A DNA stretch of 63,876 nt, filler included, from Choristocarpus tenellus KU-1152 (Eukaryota > Protista > Phaeophyceae), in assembly GCA_964200185.2 (NCBI GenBank). It is 12 parts of 12 records of this genome, joined end to end, with 100 filler letters (N's around TTAATTAATTAA, not from the genome) between each part and the next. Parts side by side here need not be neighbours in the genome. Positions count along the whole stretch, not along the records: positions 7,857 to 15,427 come from CAXNAD020005946.1; positions 15,528 to 18,547 come from CAXNAD020022885.1; positions 18,648 to 31,850 come from CAXNAD020001554.1; 9 more parts are not named here. One strand, 5' to 3'. Under the pieces are notes generated by a model. That model was not told where the DNA came from, ran no database searches, and saw only the letters and a list, made by a program, of their open reading frames with translations. Shown here one piece after another: positions 12,401 to 26,537 of the stretch (position 1 is its first letter; each line of letters opens with the position of its first letter). The translations under genes and the position numbers were made by a program.

Positions 12401-15295
12401 CTTTGTCCAGTCCATTAGACGATAAATCCAGGTCCAACAGGCTTTGTGACAGAACCCCTGCGTTCCCATGGTAGTCCCCACCTAGGCACCTGTTCAGGGC
12501 TATGGATGAGAGCTTGTTTCTCCTAAGGCTTAGTCGAGACAGTTGCATACACCCAAGTTCAGGGGAAAGGTCTGTAAGGAGGTTTTCTCCTGCCTCAAGG
12601 ACTGCAAGGTTAGTGAAGCAGCGAAGGCCTGCAGGTAGGGACTGACAGAAGTGGAGGATGGGTGAGGGGGGAGGGGGGGAGGGGGGTGTTGTTAGGAGGA
12701 AGATACTTAAAAGTGGAAGCGTTGTTTTACTTCAACCTTACTATTTATTGGGAGATCTGCCTGGCTTACTGAGTGATGCTATGGTGGGCGGAGTCTAGAA
12801 TTTTGCAGAGGAATTTCATAGTGTCAAAATAGTTCAATATCATTATCCATGCACTTCTATTGTCATATAAGGAACTGTTGGTCCTAGATACCTTTCCACC
12901 ATAATCCTTGCCCAACTTGACTACATTGGCACTTGAAGGTACATAAACCATATAGTCCGAGCATGAAACCCCAACCCCAAGGAACAACACCTTTGACTGA
13001 CCTATTGATAGCAACAACATCAAAATAGGGAAGTGAACGGGATGGCAAGAAAACAGACCCAGCAACAGAACCATCTTGCAACGTTCTTGGTGAAACGCAT
13101 TCAATTTCCTCCACTGCAACAAAATGTACAACTGAAGCAACAATTTCTTACCACACCCTTTCAATTTCATTCTTGGGGCGGAGAAAGGTCCTCAGTATAT
13201 ATTCACTGCCAAACATAATAACCCAGTAGTAGTATTGCTTGGAAGTATCACTGTGGATTATCACCATCATAATCATTGCTGTAGTATTATTATTATCACT
13301 ACTATATTATTACTATGACTGAAGAACAAAAAAAAAAGAAAAGAGAGAATTATTACAAATGGTGACAAACACCTACTCATATTCTTCTCTCGAGAAACAG
13401 TAAGGCCTACTCCAAAACCCTAACCCTATTGAAATAAGACACATTCCATTCCTTATCAACCTGTACATGGTACCCCCACACCCTAATCCTACCCATCATA
13501 CCGCCTCTTGCCCTCCAACTCCAACAAGCCCTACTACGCACTACAAACTCTTATCTCACTCCAAACTTGACAATTTCACAGGGAGGGAAGTGGATAAGAT
13601 ATGGTCACACCAAAAGCTTATTTCTGGAGAGCTTGGTCCGTTTTACTGCCTCTGCAGCCCTCTGATCTTCAAACAGACTTCCATCAAGAGTCTGCAATCC
13701 CCTTCCCTCCAAATCCAGTGTACCACTCTCCATGGCTGCACGGAGGACAGTCTGGGGGAAGAGGAAGATAAAGTTATCAAGTTTTTGGGGGAAGAGGAAG
13801 ACAATGTTATCAAGGGTTTGGGGGAAGAGGAAGATAAAGTTATCAAGGTTTCTCACACAGGCAGGGTGGGAATGGACTTGATGGACGAGCAAGGGATATC
13901 CTGAACAGCACACACTCACTCAATAAAGTCTACCCCTAGTACCATGAACAGTACAGTCTGTAGTACACTAATAATCTAGTACAAATCTAGAACTAATGTA
14001 GTACTCAGTACACCAGTTGGTACCAGGGTGGTACAGAAGTGCTTAAAACTGCGTGGGTGAGGTTTATTGAACTTGACCTCCTGCCTTTCCACTAACTACT
14101 GTAGCTTTGAAAGTTGGAGGTACAGAACGTGTGCACTAATTCAAGAGGATGATATAGATAGGGTACAGATCTTGATGGATGATATAGATAGGGTGTGTCA
14201 TTCCACCATACAACACCAAATGCACATAGCATCATCCTCATTTTGCCATGTCACCATCTAAAACAACGTCAAAAGCACTCAGAATAATCACTTGATGTTG
14301 GTTGTATTTCACATGAAAGCTTAACTAAGACACAAAGAACTTGTGTGCATCAGCATTCTCACAAAATAACACATATACAGAGATAGAAAGGTTAAATAGA
14401 TAGAAAGGGTAAATAGATAGAAAGGGTAAATAGATAGAAAGGGTAAATAGATACTCGCCCAATTCTCAATGGATGATTCGAGATTTCCATTGTTGCCATA
14501 CATGTGACATACATGTAACAACATAATAACACATGATATCAGAACCGATCATATGGTCTTAACAAGTAGAGCACAACACCACATTAGAGCATGATAGCAT
14601 ACAGATAGCATACACATCTCATACCAGGATTGCCCACTAGTACAAGAGTAGTACCAAGCAGTACCACTAATACCAACCTAAATAACACAGGTACAGTACA
14701 GTTCAGAACATGTCTGTTGCAATCTGAGTATTTTACATCTGCAGCTCCTTACCATGGTTTGACACTGTGCCAGGCCAAGCTCCCCTAAAAAAAACCCAGG
14801 TATGCCTCTGGAAGTTGCACCAGAAACACAATTTGAAGTACCAGTACTCCAATGATCTCACTATTACTAAAAAAACTTCTACAGGTAGAAATACCCAAAC
14901 AAGCACATAAATTTGCAGTAGAAGGCAACTGTTTGTAGCAATGAATGAGGTAGTGAAAAACAAGCTATTGAAGACTAGACAATGACTAATATTCACACAT
15001 GTGGTTCTAAACAAACCCCTCACATACCAGAACCACACTCCAAGAAGGAACCAGTACACCATGGGCAAAAGCTATGACCACGACCAGTTCAGTGTTCTCA
15101 ATCACAATGTCCTGTCTTTGAGGATACCTCTATCTTCCTTTCAGAAGTGATGAGACTGAATCTTACAAGTGAAGCCAGGGCAAGGTTCTTCACCTGTGCT
15201 GAGTTACCATCAAATGAATGAGGTTCTGCTTCATCCTTGTCCTCTTCTTCCAGACCAGGGTAGGGAGGACACGGTCCCCTTGTACGAAGATATTT
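9443..15295 (-). CDS. Leucine-rich repeat protein, LRRC40-like (5'-partial, spliced)
   Basis: Phase-consistent exons 15295-15194 (KYLRTRGP; donor could also be 15128), 13751-13611 (TLDLEGRGLQTL...LSRNKLL), 12641-12366 (LEAGENLL, LSLRRNKL, LDLSSNGL), 11138-10940 (LVLAYNSL, LDLSANQL, LNVENNEI) and 9951-9443 (LLLAGNPQRQL...GTTATLQYLRDRLP, stop TAG). Mid and C-terminal YLRxR caps are typical of LRRC40. Confidence 0.9.
11854..12005. repeat. 74-bp tandem duplication in LRR-gene intron
   Basis: acattataggtac...taaactaaaaca occurs twice. Confidence 0.85.
13753..13851. repeat. 33-bp minisatellite x3 at a splice acceptor
   Basis: tgggggaagaggaagataaagttatcaag unit three times, abutting the exon start at 13751. 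Confidence 0.9.
14381..14452. repeat. 17-bp minisatellite x4
   Basis: agatagaaagggtaaat unit. Confidence 0.9.
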
Positions 15296-15730
15296 CTTGA
15301 TTTAATCAAAAACAAAAACAAAAACAAATAGAAAGCAGCAAAGGGCGGGGGGGGGGGGGGGGAGAAGAGGGGGGGAAAGGAGAACCACCCTTGCGATGTT
15401 TTTACCCAAACCCCTTAAATAAAAAAANNNNNNNNNNNNNNNNNNNNNNNNNNNNNNNNNNNNNNNNNNNNTTAATTAATTAANNNNNNNNNNNNNNNNN
15501 NNNNNNNNNNNNNNNNNNNNNNNNNNNCCTCTGCAACTACCCGAGTTACAGTTTATTTTGCAACTTTTAGATGAATCGGAGTTCTTCCTTTTGGGGTTCC
15601 ACACGCGTATATACTGTTCGCGCTAGTCAAAGCGCGGGAAGAAATACTCGCGCTATTCGCCTGTAACATGTGTACCTATATTCTGGACCAACTGGAAACT
15701 ATACTCCAATAGTCCATCCTTTCCCGGATT

Positions 15731-16473
15731 GAGCCAAACCGATTGAAAGGTAGGCAGGTTTGGATCCTTTGGCATTCTGAGCCATCTTTCTTGCCCTGTG
15801 CAATACACTATATTTAATCGCTCTATATGCTGCGCAATAGTGCATGCAAAATCGACATCCCCCCTTTCCACACGTAAAATGACACCACAGAGAATGAAAG
15901 TATCTTAGAGGGGACGAGTTTTTCCCTGTTTGTCCATTTGGGGCTTGGCTTCCCACGGGTTTTTAATGACATTTATCTGCTCCAAAATATTTTGGAGTAG
16001 GTAGAATGTATATGTTATGAAACGGTGTGTCCAGAACAAGGATACTGACACTTCCTAACAAACATGATAGCCAAAATTACACCAAAATCGCAACATTGGA
16101 TTTTGGCCCCCAAATGGACGCGGCTCTACCCTCTAAGATACTTTGACTCAGATAGACAAAGACTCTATTGTGTAGCGCATGTAAGGCTCGTCGCCCAAAG
16201 CCGCTGGTGGAGTTACATGGTGAACATGCACTGAATTATTAATTGTCCACCAGGTGTCCAATACCACTGACGTATGAAACATTGACTCATCATACCGTTT
16301 TGCACGTTAGTACTTTGTATTATACCTTCTCAAAGATAAACGTACATGAAAACTATGTTATGTACTTAGTAGGTTATTCGACAGACTCTGCAAATGTACA
16401 AATTGATGTCTAATTTGTCCTGTGTGCGGATCCTTAAAATGCAACCCCACCAACCTCTCAATTGGTTTGGCTC
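15731..16473 (+). mobile_element. MITE family C copy carrying two nested insertions
   Basis: TIRs gagccaaaccgattgaaaggtaggcagg ... cctctcaattggtttggctc, TSD att/att. Contains family A (15892-16149) and a ~216-bp insert flanked by agactct repeats. Confidence 0.8.
15892..16149 (+). mobile_element. MITE family A copy
   Basis: Both TIRs; 3-bp TSD aga/aga. Confidence 0.92.
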
Positions 16474-18647
16474 ATTGTTTTTCTATGATGATGATTACAC
16501 AGTTTGCAAGGTTGTGCCGAAACCATTCGGCTAAAATTTAACCTTACCAGAAAAAATTCCGAAAAAATTCCTTTGCACCAGTGATAGCTTAGATCCAGAG
16601 CTTTCATTTTATATGTTCATGGTTGTATAACTCGTTGTTCAACCCTTTAAAAAAAAAATCAAGACTGGTCTTATCCCAGTGGCGACTGGCAACACTGTAT
16701 TACTCAAATTTCATATTCCACACAACATCCCAAATAACTAAATCCTCAATTGAAAACCCTTCTTGTTAAATTCACTCTGAGTGTTTGTTGTATTGCTTGA
16801 TAGCTCGTGCACAAGATTACAGGGGATGAATAGTAGCATAAAGAGACCATAAATATGCTCTGGTCCGCCATGTGCAATCAGAGGTATTATATAGTCCCAA
16901 GCCCGGCATCCTCGCTCTGTTACAGTGATGTTCCTGCAGTATCCACATCCAACATGAAAGCACTGTAGCACAGTATGGTGTCATGGACGGTGAGTGAGAA
17001 GGTCGCTTTATGTATGATGATATTATGCCATCAGCAGGCCACTGTTTGGCAATGTCGGTTAAGTGACAACAGCAATTTGTAGTATCTTTGTCTTAGTTTG
17101 TGTGATCCTGTAGACAAAGTTTACAGAAAGGATTACACGGTGAGGTTGAAGGATACTGTCGAACAAAAAGATGCGCTGAAGAACTGTAAGGATTGTGCAA
17201 CAACTTCATCCGAAGCACAGATACACAGACACAACATATATGGAGAGCAAATCACACTCCCATCTCGGTTCTTGTGGTCGTGCTAGTACTAGCGTGGGCC
17301 CTGCACCCCCAGTCACCGATGGTTTTGATTATTAGTAAACTCCATTGAAGTGAATTCCTCATCTTCGTGCTCCCACAAATACTTTCAATGACACCCTGAT
17401 GCTATCCGTTTCTATCCCTGCAGAAGAAGTTAGTAAGTGTGGTCTTCGTTGGGATAGAGGTCTACCAAACCCCCTCATCTCAAACGTTGCAGGTGGAGAG
17501 GGACGAAATATATTGGTAATGACATATATAAATAGTTGCAACTAAACAAACACTACTTATTTGTTACTATTGAATGTCATAACCCAAATTTACCCATAAA
17601 AATAATCGCACTTGGAACAATGAAGAGTGCAAGAAGACTGGAATACAGTACCGGACTGCCAAGGAGCATGGTTCTGGAGGGCTAACAAGGTTGAAAAGGT
17701 CAGGAACATATTGAGCGCAAATCAGTGGAGGTGTATCCCTGAGATTCACTCGCCTGGTTAGTGTATACCACTACTGCATGCAAACAACCCCTGAAGTCCT
17801 AAAAACAATGTCGTGACAGTAGTAGTGGCCACGATAAAGGTTCTTACAATTGTTTCTTCCTGTTTTAAAATATGCTACTACTACTTGTGTGTTGGAAGGC
17901 TTTAATGCAATACAGACTCTGCTGTTGTGTTTCTTGTATTATCTGTATAGTACCCTTGTACTACAGCAGTACATGTCTTCTGACCCCCATCGTGAAGATC
18001 GTTGCACGTAATACACACTGAAGTATATATGCAAGGTCGGGTTCTATTTTATTTTGCCATGCAAAATCAGATTTTGGAGATGTCATATCAGGGGGGCAAA
18101 AGTTGAATTGTGATGCGCAGTATATTAACATACCCAGTGACATTTTACGGATGTTGTCACGAGGGGGGGGCAAAAAGCAACGAAAACAGTCGAGAGAACA
18201 CAACAAACAGCACAGCAACAATCTCTCTACTATATTTTGGTTACAAAAACCACACATTCGACAACGTAACATTCAACACTATGTTCTTCCATAACACTGA
18301 CGACGAAAACATATACTACCTCCATGCCATAAGTCTGTGCTGCGTTGTCCGTAACTTTAAAGATGTATATGAAATTCATTTCTGAAAGAGGATTTGGAAT
18401 CCTTGTCAAATTTCTGGATAAGGTCAGCTCTTTTTATTATTATTACTCCCATCCATCACAATTTTATCAGCCTGTGAAAGTGTCAAAGGTGCCAAGTTAT
18501 TTTTTGCTCAAGGGGGCAATCACAATCACCGGACTGAACTCTTTCACNNNNNNNNNNNNNNNNNNNNNNNNNNNNNNNNNNNNNNNNNNNNTTAATTAAT
18601 TAANNNNNNNNNNNNNNNNNNNNNNNNNNNNNNNNNNNNNNNNNNNN

Positions 18648-18883
18648 CCGAATTGTCATAATGGTAGGAAATTTGAACACAATGTTAGAAGGCCCTACTA
18701 CTGTGTAGATATAGAAGCACACACATTAATTCATTCAACAAAAAGGTAGGCGCGATGGGGAGTGGGGGGGATGGGGAACAGGTACTGTTCAGTTGATGCT
18801 GTTATTCAGGCCGAATTGTCATAATGGTAGGAAATTTGAACACAATGTTAGAAGGCCCTACTACTGTGTAGATATAGAAGCAC
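18648..18883. repeat. Tandem duplication, 163-bp period, at contig start
   Basis: ccgaattgtcataatgg...tagaagcac at 18648 and 18811. Confidence 0.85.
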
Positions 18884-19175
18884 CCACCCACCCACCAAGA
18901 TCATTTATCAAAAACAGAAGAGTATTCTCCTCACACAACCACACCTTTTCAACATAAGAGGTCCCAAAAAAGCATTGGGGAGACCAATCCATCCATCCAT
19001 CCATCATCCAAATCTATAATACATGACAACAAAAAAATCATGGAACACTCACAAGAAAACAATAGAGCAATATTTTCAACATTTGCCCAAACAATCCATG
19101 CAACCATCCGCTCATGTCCCCACTTTAAGCCACTAAAAAAGAAACTCGCTCACAGCTCTCATAGACAGCACTTAC

Positions 19176-22100
19176 TTCTTGTCCTTGAAGATGTGAACCT
19201 TTCCAAAGCCTCGCTTATTATGGCACCAGTCATAGAATGCCAGAGGAGTCAGGTTAGGAACACCTTCCGCCTTCACAAGCAACACAAGCAAAAAGACCAC
19301 AAGTCAAATAGATGCCATCACCATACGCAGAATACAGAGTAGCAATAAAATATATACATACATAAGATATATATTGTAGTCTTCTACTATCCAATCAGGG
19401 GAAGCATTAAAAAAAAAACATCCCATCCATGTCAAATACACTGCTACAGCTAGACCGTGGTTTATTGCGACTACTCAAACTGCAACATACTTTTCCCGTA
19501 CCTCAACAACTGTTCCAAAAAAAAGAATAATTTCTAAGAAGGGGGGGCAGGTTTAAACAGATCATTGAACCAGTCACGTTCCATCAAAATTACAGCCTCT
19601 CAATTCCAAATTGAAGTGCCAAAAAGAAAAAGCTTTATGTATGAACTGGGTATATTGAAAAACGCCAGACTACAGGGGGTTAAAACCACAATGCAAATAA
19701 TAAGTGAAGACAGAGAGAGGTATGATAACAGAGAGGGGGGGGGGCAACGGGAAAAGCGGTTTGAGCAGAGTACAGTTAAGAATGCGTCCTCAAGAAGACT
19801 GACCTGCAGGATCTTTCTGGCTGTGGGAGTCAATATCTCAACAGCTAGAGCATGCACTCCTGAGGTCAGCATGTATACATCCTTCCAATCGTAGTCACAG
19901 GAGAAAACATTCACCAGAAAAGTAAGAGCATCATGGGATGGAGGGGGGACAGGTCACAGAGATTATGGAAAGAAAAAACAACAGTTAGAAGTAGTGGTCA
20001 GGCTGTGCGAGGGTAAGAGAGGGAACCTCTTTTTTAAAAATAGAAAAACAGGACCTTTCTTTTTCTAGAGGGTTGGGAGGGCCACGAACCAATCCAGGAA
20101 ATTTGCTGATGTTTGTCAGCTAAATGAAAAATTGGAACCAACAGAGTGACATGAAAATTATTATCGTTTTTTACAACTATTATTGTTACTCTTGCTATTA
20201 CGAGATCAACAATAAAGTTGATCAAGCACTAACCCATAAATATACTGCATCAACAGCATAGTACCAGATATGTTCATAAAAAAAATCAGGCAGATGATTT
20301 CGAGACCAAATCGGGGATTCCCGAAAACCAAATATTGGGGGAATCAGCAACATGTTACGACAATATGAGTATACGATATAGATACGCACACATAACCCAT
20401 ATTGTACATCTCACGTAGTACGTAAGGTCATTAGTTAGTTGCTTTCAGTCATTTTGTTCTGCCAACATGGACAACTCCACATTTGGTATACTGATCAACG
20501 TTATCCTTGCAGTCATGCTGCTGTAGTGCCTGCTTACCACACTCTAACTCTTCTTACGTTAAATCACTGGAGTAAAAGACAGCAGGTGGGGGGCCTGAGC
20601 AGCGCAAAACAATGTTCCCATATTTCTATTCAAGAATATCGAACTTCATCTTAAAAAGACAACGCCTACAGGTCCCTTCTCTCTCACAGTGGTTTCAAGG
20701 ATTGAAATCAATCAACGCAACAACACAATCATCCGAGACACAGAAAAAATATGTATATATTGAGAAAAATACTAATCTAACGTAATACACGCCAGAGTCG
20801 TGATTATTCTACCATTAAAAAAAAAAGGACAGAAAATAACATAGACTATCCTCTTGTTCTCCAATTGTTGTCAAATTTTCACATCAACCAGTTGAACAGG
20901 CAAACAAACAAAAAAGCCATTTTAACGTAAGATTATTTTAATAAAGATTATTTTAATAAAGTACAAGGCAACGCAGCAAAATATTACTTCGAGCAAGCAT
21001 TCAACCAAGATAACACTGGAAAAAAAAAATTATGTCCTATTCCATCATTCAACACCACCTTAAAATACACCTTTTACAGACATTCAACCAAGATAACACC
21101 AGCAAAAAAATATATATACACTATTCCATCATTCTACTATAATTTCTCCAAAACAGAAAAAACAGGCACCTCGTTCAGAATCTTACATCATACACAAGGT
21201 GGGAACACACAAGAAACAAAAATGCTTTGTGTTCGCCACCTTGACATATATTCAAAATTGAAAAGGGTTTTAATTTTGCAAAACAATCAAAAAGCTTGAT
21301 TCATCATTATCAGAGGGTCATCCTGCGAACACGAACTGGGGATTTGGAGTCAAAGTACAAGCCTATGACGTAAAACAAGTCAACCAAATTACACTAAGCC
21401 TTCCAAACAAGGAGAGAAAAATTCTCCTGTTGTAGAATAAGTTTCAGTTTTTGGGTCTTCAACCATCTGGAATCAGAAGGAAAACACTTTAATGATCAAA
21501 TCTTCCCCCGTACGCACAAAGGTCCACATAAGAGCTAGAAAACAGGCAACAATGATGGTAGAAGTAGGTGGTAGTTGCTGAACATCCTTCGCTATCACCT
21601 CTACACGCAACAGCAAACATGAACAGACTGATTAAGGTAAAAACAAGACCCCGTCTCTCCCCCCCCCTCCCCCACAGAAAGTAGTCTTGCGTAGTTAGCT
21701 CCTTCCCAAAACACAGTACAAGTAAACATCTCATGTATATTACATTCTGTTAAAATTGACATACGTCAGGCAAGGAAAAAAAATCAAACACTGTATCACC
21801 TTTCGTCTCTTCTCATCCAGGACAATCACCCTAAGGTTGTCACCCCTCACAGGACCCCTGCTAGAGCGATCCCCTCCTGGCGCAGCCCATGACCTCTGAC
21901 TGGAAGCACCTAGCAGGCACTTCAGAACAACCTCAAGCTTTTCCCCTGCAGTAGGGCAGAGAATGGCCACAGAGGCATTGGCTCCAACCGCTGGGTCGGC
22001 CTGATGCCAACCAAGAGCAGGGAACAAACACAAAGAAACAGAAGCTTTAAAAAAAAGAAAAGTACAAACGAGAATGAAACTTTTGATATCCACAAAAACC

Positions 22101-22763
22101 TCCAACTCATTTCTGTACCAGAACTCCATCACTAATATCATGACTCTTGCCATTCCATCCCCTAAGTATGTCTGCATGTATGCACAACTATGTGAGCATT
22201 CAAAGTTAATAGCCAGATGGTTACAATCCAATATATATATATTCTGGTGGTACAGGCACACCAGGGGTACCAATATAGATTCATCAGCATTCCATGCAAT
22301 GCTACGACTGACTTTGAAAGAAAACAATCAAGGTATGAAGCATTGAAAAATACAAACAGCACTACTTACCAGTTGTATACCTTACAATGTAATACCATTC
22401 CACCCATCCCTTGTTGGTGCAAATCTTTGATTATCCAATTAGGTATCAAAATTGTCAGCTTTTCAAAAAATAAAACGGTTCTGTGGCAAGGATGCTACCT
22501 CCACATACAGAGACTGACCTAACAGGACATGATGAATCTCTATTACAATTCTTGAAAACTATTTTGCAAAAAAAAATAAACTTCAAAAACTCCAGTTGGG
22601 TGCTCATGAAACCTTAATTGTCCAGATCGATGTCACAGAGTAATCGACAGGACAGACAAAAACCTCCACCCAATGTCACCAGGTAAGATCCATATAGACG
22701 AAGCCAACTCAGATTGCATGTGCAGCAATACCTGAAACAAATCTAAATTCTCCTGTAGATACA

Positions 22764-22804
<41 letters not shown>

Positions 22805-24818
22805 AAGAAACATGCATCCCTCTGCCAACCCACAAAATTGTACCCAAACTTCTCTCCAACAAAACTTCACTTTTCCTACCTGAACAAGCTCATCCATGGT
22901 GACATGCACACGCTGTACAGCCCACAGACGCTGGGTGTGACCTATCCAGATGGCAATCACCAAAAACAACTGTGTTCAACATCCCGTCAACATCCCGTAC
23001 AACATGCCATATTGATGTCAAAAAGGAAGACCGTGCAAAAGGTAAGAGAAAATGCAATGACTGAAGACTGTGGTTTGGAACAGGCCAGGGGGGATTGGTT
23101 ACCATTCGAAAGCTACACATCCTGAAACAGCGTACATGGATACAGGCAAGGGTGAAAAAAGAGTCCCCCATATGAGCTAGCTATCGCTCAACCAAACTGC
23201 TTTTAAGTAATAAAGCATACAATCGATGAAGAAGTCGCACTACATCTGGACTCGATGGAGTCAAGGTAGAATATATGTACGGTGTAAGCCATCACACAAA
23301 CAGGACTACATGAACACTCAAATGCAGTCTGGGATAATGGGGAGGACAACAAGCTCTACCACAGCAGTCGCTAGCACGAGCAACTATTGACGCATGGATG
23401 AGACTAGTCAAAAGGCAGAGTGATTAGACACAACACACAAGACGCTAACACGTGGAAGTCTCCAATTGTTTTATGGGGATTAGGATGTAAGAAGATAAGC
23501 ATGTTCGCAGCAGAAAAATCGTTCCAGGCATACGCATTATCACCGTTCGTGCACGACTGCCGTCAGCTCTGCGACAGCCCTTGTGGTAGGAGAGCTCATA
23601 TGCAAGGGGAGAACACAAACCTGGGTACAATTTTTTTTTACCAGTGAGGGAAAAGGAGTGATGGGGGACAACCTCTCTACTTTGGACACGGTCCCTTCAC
23701 CTAACTGACAAAGGTAAAGGATACTTACCTCCACCAAGAAGAAGACCCACCACCACCAGAAGAAGACGTCTGGGACCTCACGAGTACTAGTATATCGCCA
23801 TACAAGATCTGCATATCAGAGAACACATTGTCGACTGTGTTGTTTTTGATCAGGGCATGGTCGAGAACTCAACCTAGATCCTTCAAACTTGGGAATGTGA
23901 AGTTTTTGCTACTCAGTCGATAAAATAGTGACACCAAACTTCTCATCCACTGGGCCCGTGTCTATATCTGAGTCTATCGCAACAGTCTAACGTGTCTATA
24001 CTTTGGCCTCAACGACTCAGTTGAAGAGTGTGCAGAGTGAAGCGCCAATAAGGTGCCACACCCATTAGAGGACGAAATGGCACTATGCAGATTGAATCAA
24101 GCGAAAAATAAACATGATTAACACTAGATACGGACACCCACATATAGCCCCAGAGATGACATTTCCGAATGCAACCCCTCGAATAAGAAAGGCAGAAGAA
24201 AAGGTTTCCTTGTCTTGAGGGTTAATCTTTGCTCGCCCAGACCGAAAGCGTGTGTCCGTTGCCTTAGACTTCCCCTTCGCCTTATCGTTCGCGACGAAAC
24301 CTAGCTCCTCCTGGGTTAGCCATGAGGGAGGAGGACGGACAAGATGAATTATCAGTAGTCACGCCCATCAGTACAACGCAAAAGTCGTACCAGGCATGTA
24401 CTTCACGTGAAGAGAGATTTCCGTCTACAAACAGGGTAAGTTCCAGTGCTTGAGACTTGTGTGGGTTCGACTTTCAAGGTTTGTAGTCACACTCTCATCA
24501 GAACGATGTGAAATTGGAGTCATGGCAGTTCATCGTATAAGAGGGATTGTCCATCTGTACTCGGATAAGTTCGGTGCTGAAGAGTTTATGATGACTCCAC
24601 TTCCCCGTGTTCTCCAGAGACAAGTATACCTGCATACGTCCGATACGCTTGCTGAAGCCAGTGAACGAGCCGTTGCTTGCATGTCTCCCATGCCTAGAAC
24701 CCTTCCCACTAGAAGTCTTGTTTCCTGGCGCCAACTTGGAGGCATCAGACGCCATCTGTGACAAGTCGGCAGAGGAAGTCCGTTGGTTCTGAATTAATAG
24801 ATCACCTTTCATGGGCAT
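19176..24818 (-). CDS. GT2 glycosyltransferase, cellulose synthase(-like), N-terminal part (3'-partial, spliced)
   Basis: Exons 23808-23729 (xLVWRYT...WWVFFLVE), 22969-22880 (LFLVIAIWIGHTQRLW...), 22000-21800 (VAILCPTAGEKLEVVLKCLLGA...LRVIVLDEKRRK), 19881-19804 and 19270-19176 join in phase with GT-AG ends. They match the CesA/BcsA YLxWR...E transmembrane signature followed by PTxxE and VxVLD motifs. First exon(s) around 24630-24818 are uncertain. Confidence 0.72.
22767..22800. repeat. (CA)n microsatellite
   Basis: Seen directly. Confidence 0.95.
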
Positions 24819-26277
24819 CGGGCATGCGAAGGGGATACACCCCTACAAAAAGCAACAATCCCACCAAACACGGTAAGGGCCCGCCCAGAGATGGATGTGT
24901 TTGGCTTACTCAATTCACGCTATACCTCAGATGGCATTGTCTTCCCTCCCTCACTCTCTTTTCACTCAATCTCCCTATCTCTCTCCTCTTGCTTCCGTTT
25001 TTAGACTCAGAACCCCTCAAGTCCCAGAAGAAGTAGTTCGAAGGTACAGCAAATATCTCAATTGAAAAACCTCCAGAGTCAACAGTAGTAGTTATACTAG
25101 AAACATTTTGAGAAGTCAGGACCACAACTGCAGGGTCAACAAATCTGATGGGTGACTTTTGAAATCGGAGGGAAACTTCTGAGGAGTATCTTAATACATT
25201 CACTCTCTCTATATAACAACACTAAATTATATAAATTCATAATTTTGCAATTCTCTAATCCAACTCATCAAATTTCAGTTGCAAATGAAGAGGAAAATGT
25301 TTGAAAGTATTTTATGGGTTAAATAGATTGCGGAGTGTCTTTTCAATATTTTGGAGACATGTTCTTACGAAAGTGCGCTTGTCCAATAAATACGAATAAT
25401 TGCATTGCTTACGTTGTCCCGAAAGGCCTAACACTATCATACCAAGAAATATTGATTCTTCGTGTACCCTTAAACGGACGAACGGACTGGCCAGAGTTCT
25501 TATGTACATATATAACAAGTAATTATTGGAGTAGAAAATTGATTTTATCGTTCTTGCATTGAGTATTCTAATAAATTTCTCCTCAACAGGACCCATACGA
25601 TGCTGGTAGATAGAAAATGATTTCATAATATATTTCATGGGTTCGAGTCTTCTTACCTCCATATCTATTCAGATAAATTGGTTCGGCATCCTTGAAATGC
25701 AACTCTGGGCACCTCTCGTTTAATTCGACTCATCATAGGTTGTAACCGTGAAGGGGGCAGCGGCCGATCCCACGGTCCTGGTCTGGTGAAAACCCATGTG
25801 TTACGTTATATATCGCTCATGCCACCAAGTCAAAGTTTGTGTTGCATGGATACTACTCTACTCGATGCCTGCTATTTTCAAGAGTGTCATGGTACAGGAA
25901 ATATAACGGAAATGTGAGAACTCATACTCTCGGGAGAGACAAATGATAACAATGTACGCAATCACTGGATAGAGACATGAGAAAGCTATACCACGTCTTT
26001 GTAATGACCTAACGTTACATCTATCTTTGAACATACCCCACATATACCTCCCTGGTATCACGATGGAGAGGGTATGAATGGCATTACGCATGTTGCTTGC
26101 GCTTTTGCGATACCAGTGAGAACACCGTTTTATACGACATCAGCCAAGCTCCACATTCAGAAAGGTGGCTCCAACACAGTATCTTGGTCTCAGCATACGT
26201 TTGGAACAACGTTTGATGGCATTGTCATTTTATACTACCCTGAAACCCCAGATCTTTACCTCCGAAGAGGGGATACA

Positions 26278-26537
26278 GAGTGAAAGTATCTTAGAGGGCA
26301 CAGGTTTTGCCTTGTTTATCCATTTGGGGCTTGACTTCCTATGGGTGTTTTTATGGCATTTTCCGACTTCAATATGTTTCAAAGTAGGTAAAATGTATGC
26401 GTTATGAAAAGGTGTGTCCGGAACAAGGACATTGACACTCCCTAACAACCCGATAGCCAAAATTACATCAAAATCGCAACATTGGAATTTGACCCCCAAA
26501 TGGACGCGGCTCTACCCTCTAAAAGATACTTTGATTC
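26278..26537 (+). mobile_element. MITE family A copy
   Basis: Both TIRs; no clear TSD. Confidence 0.9.
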
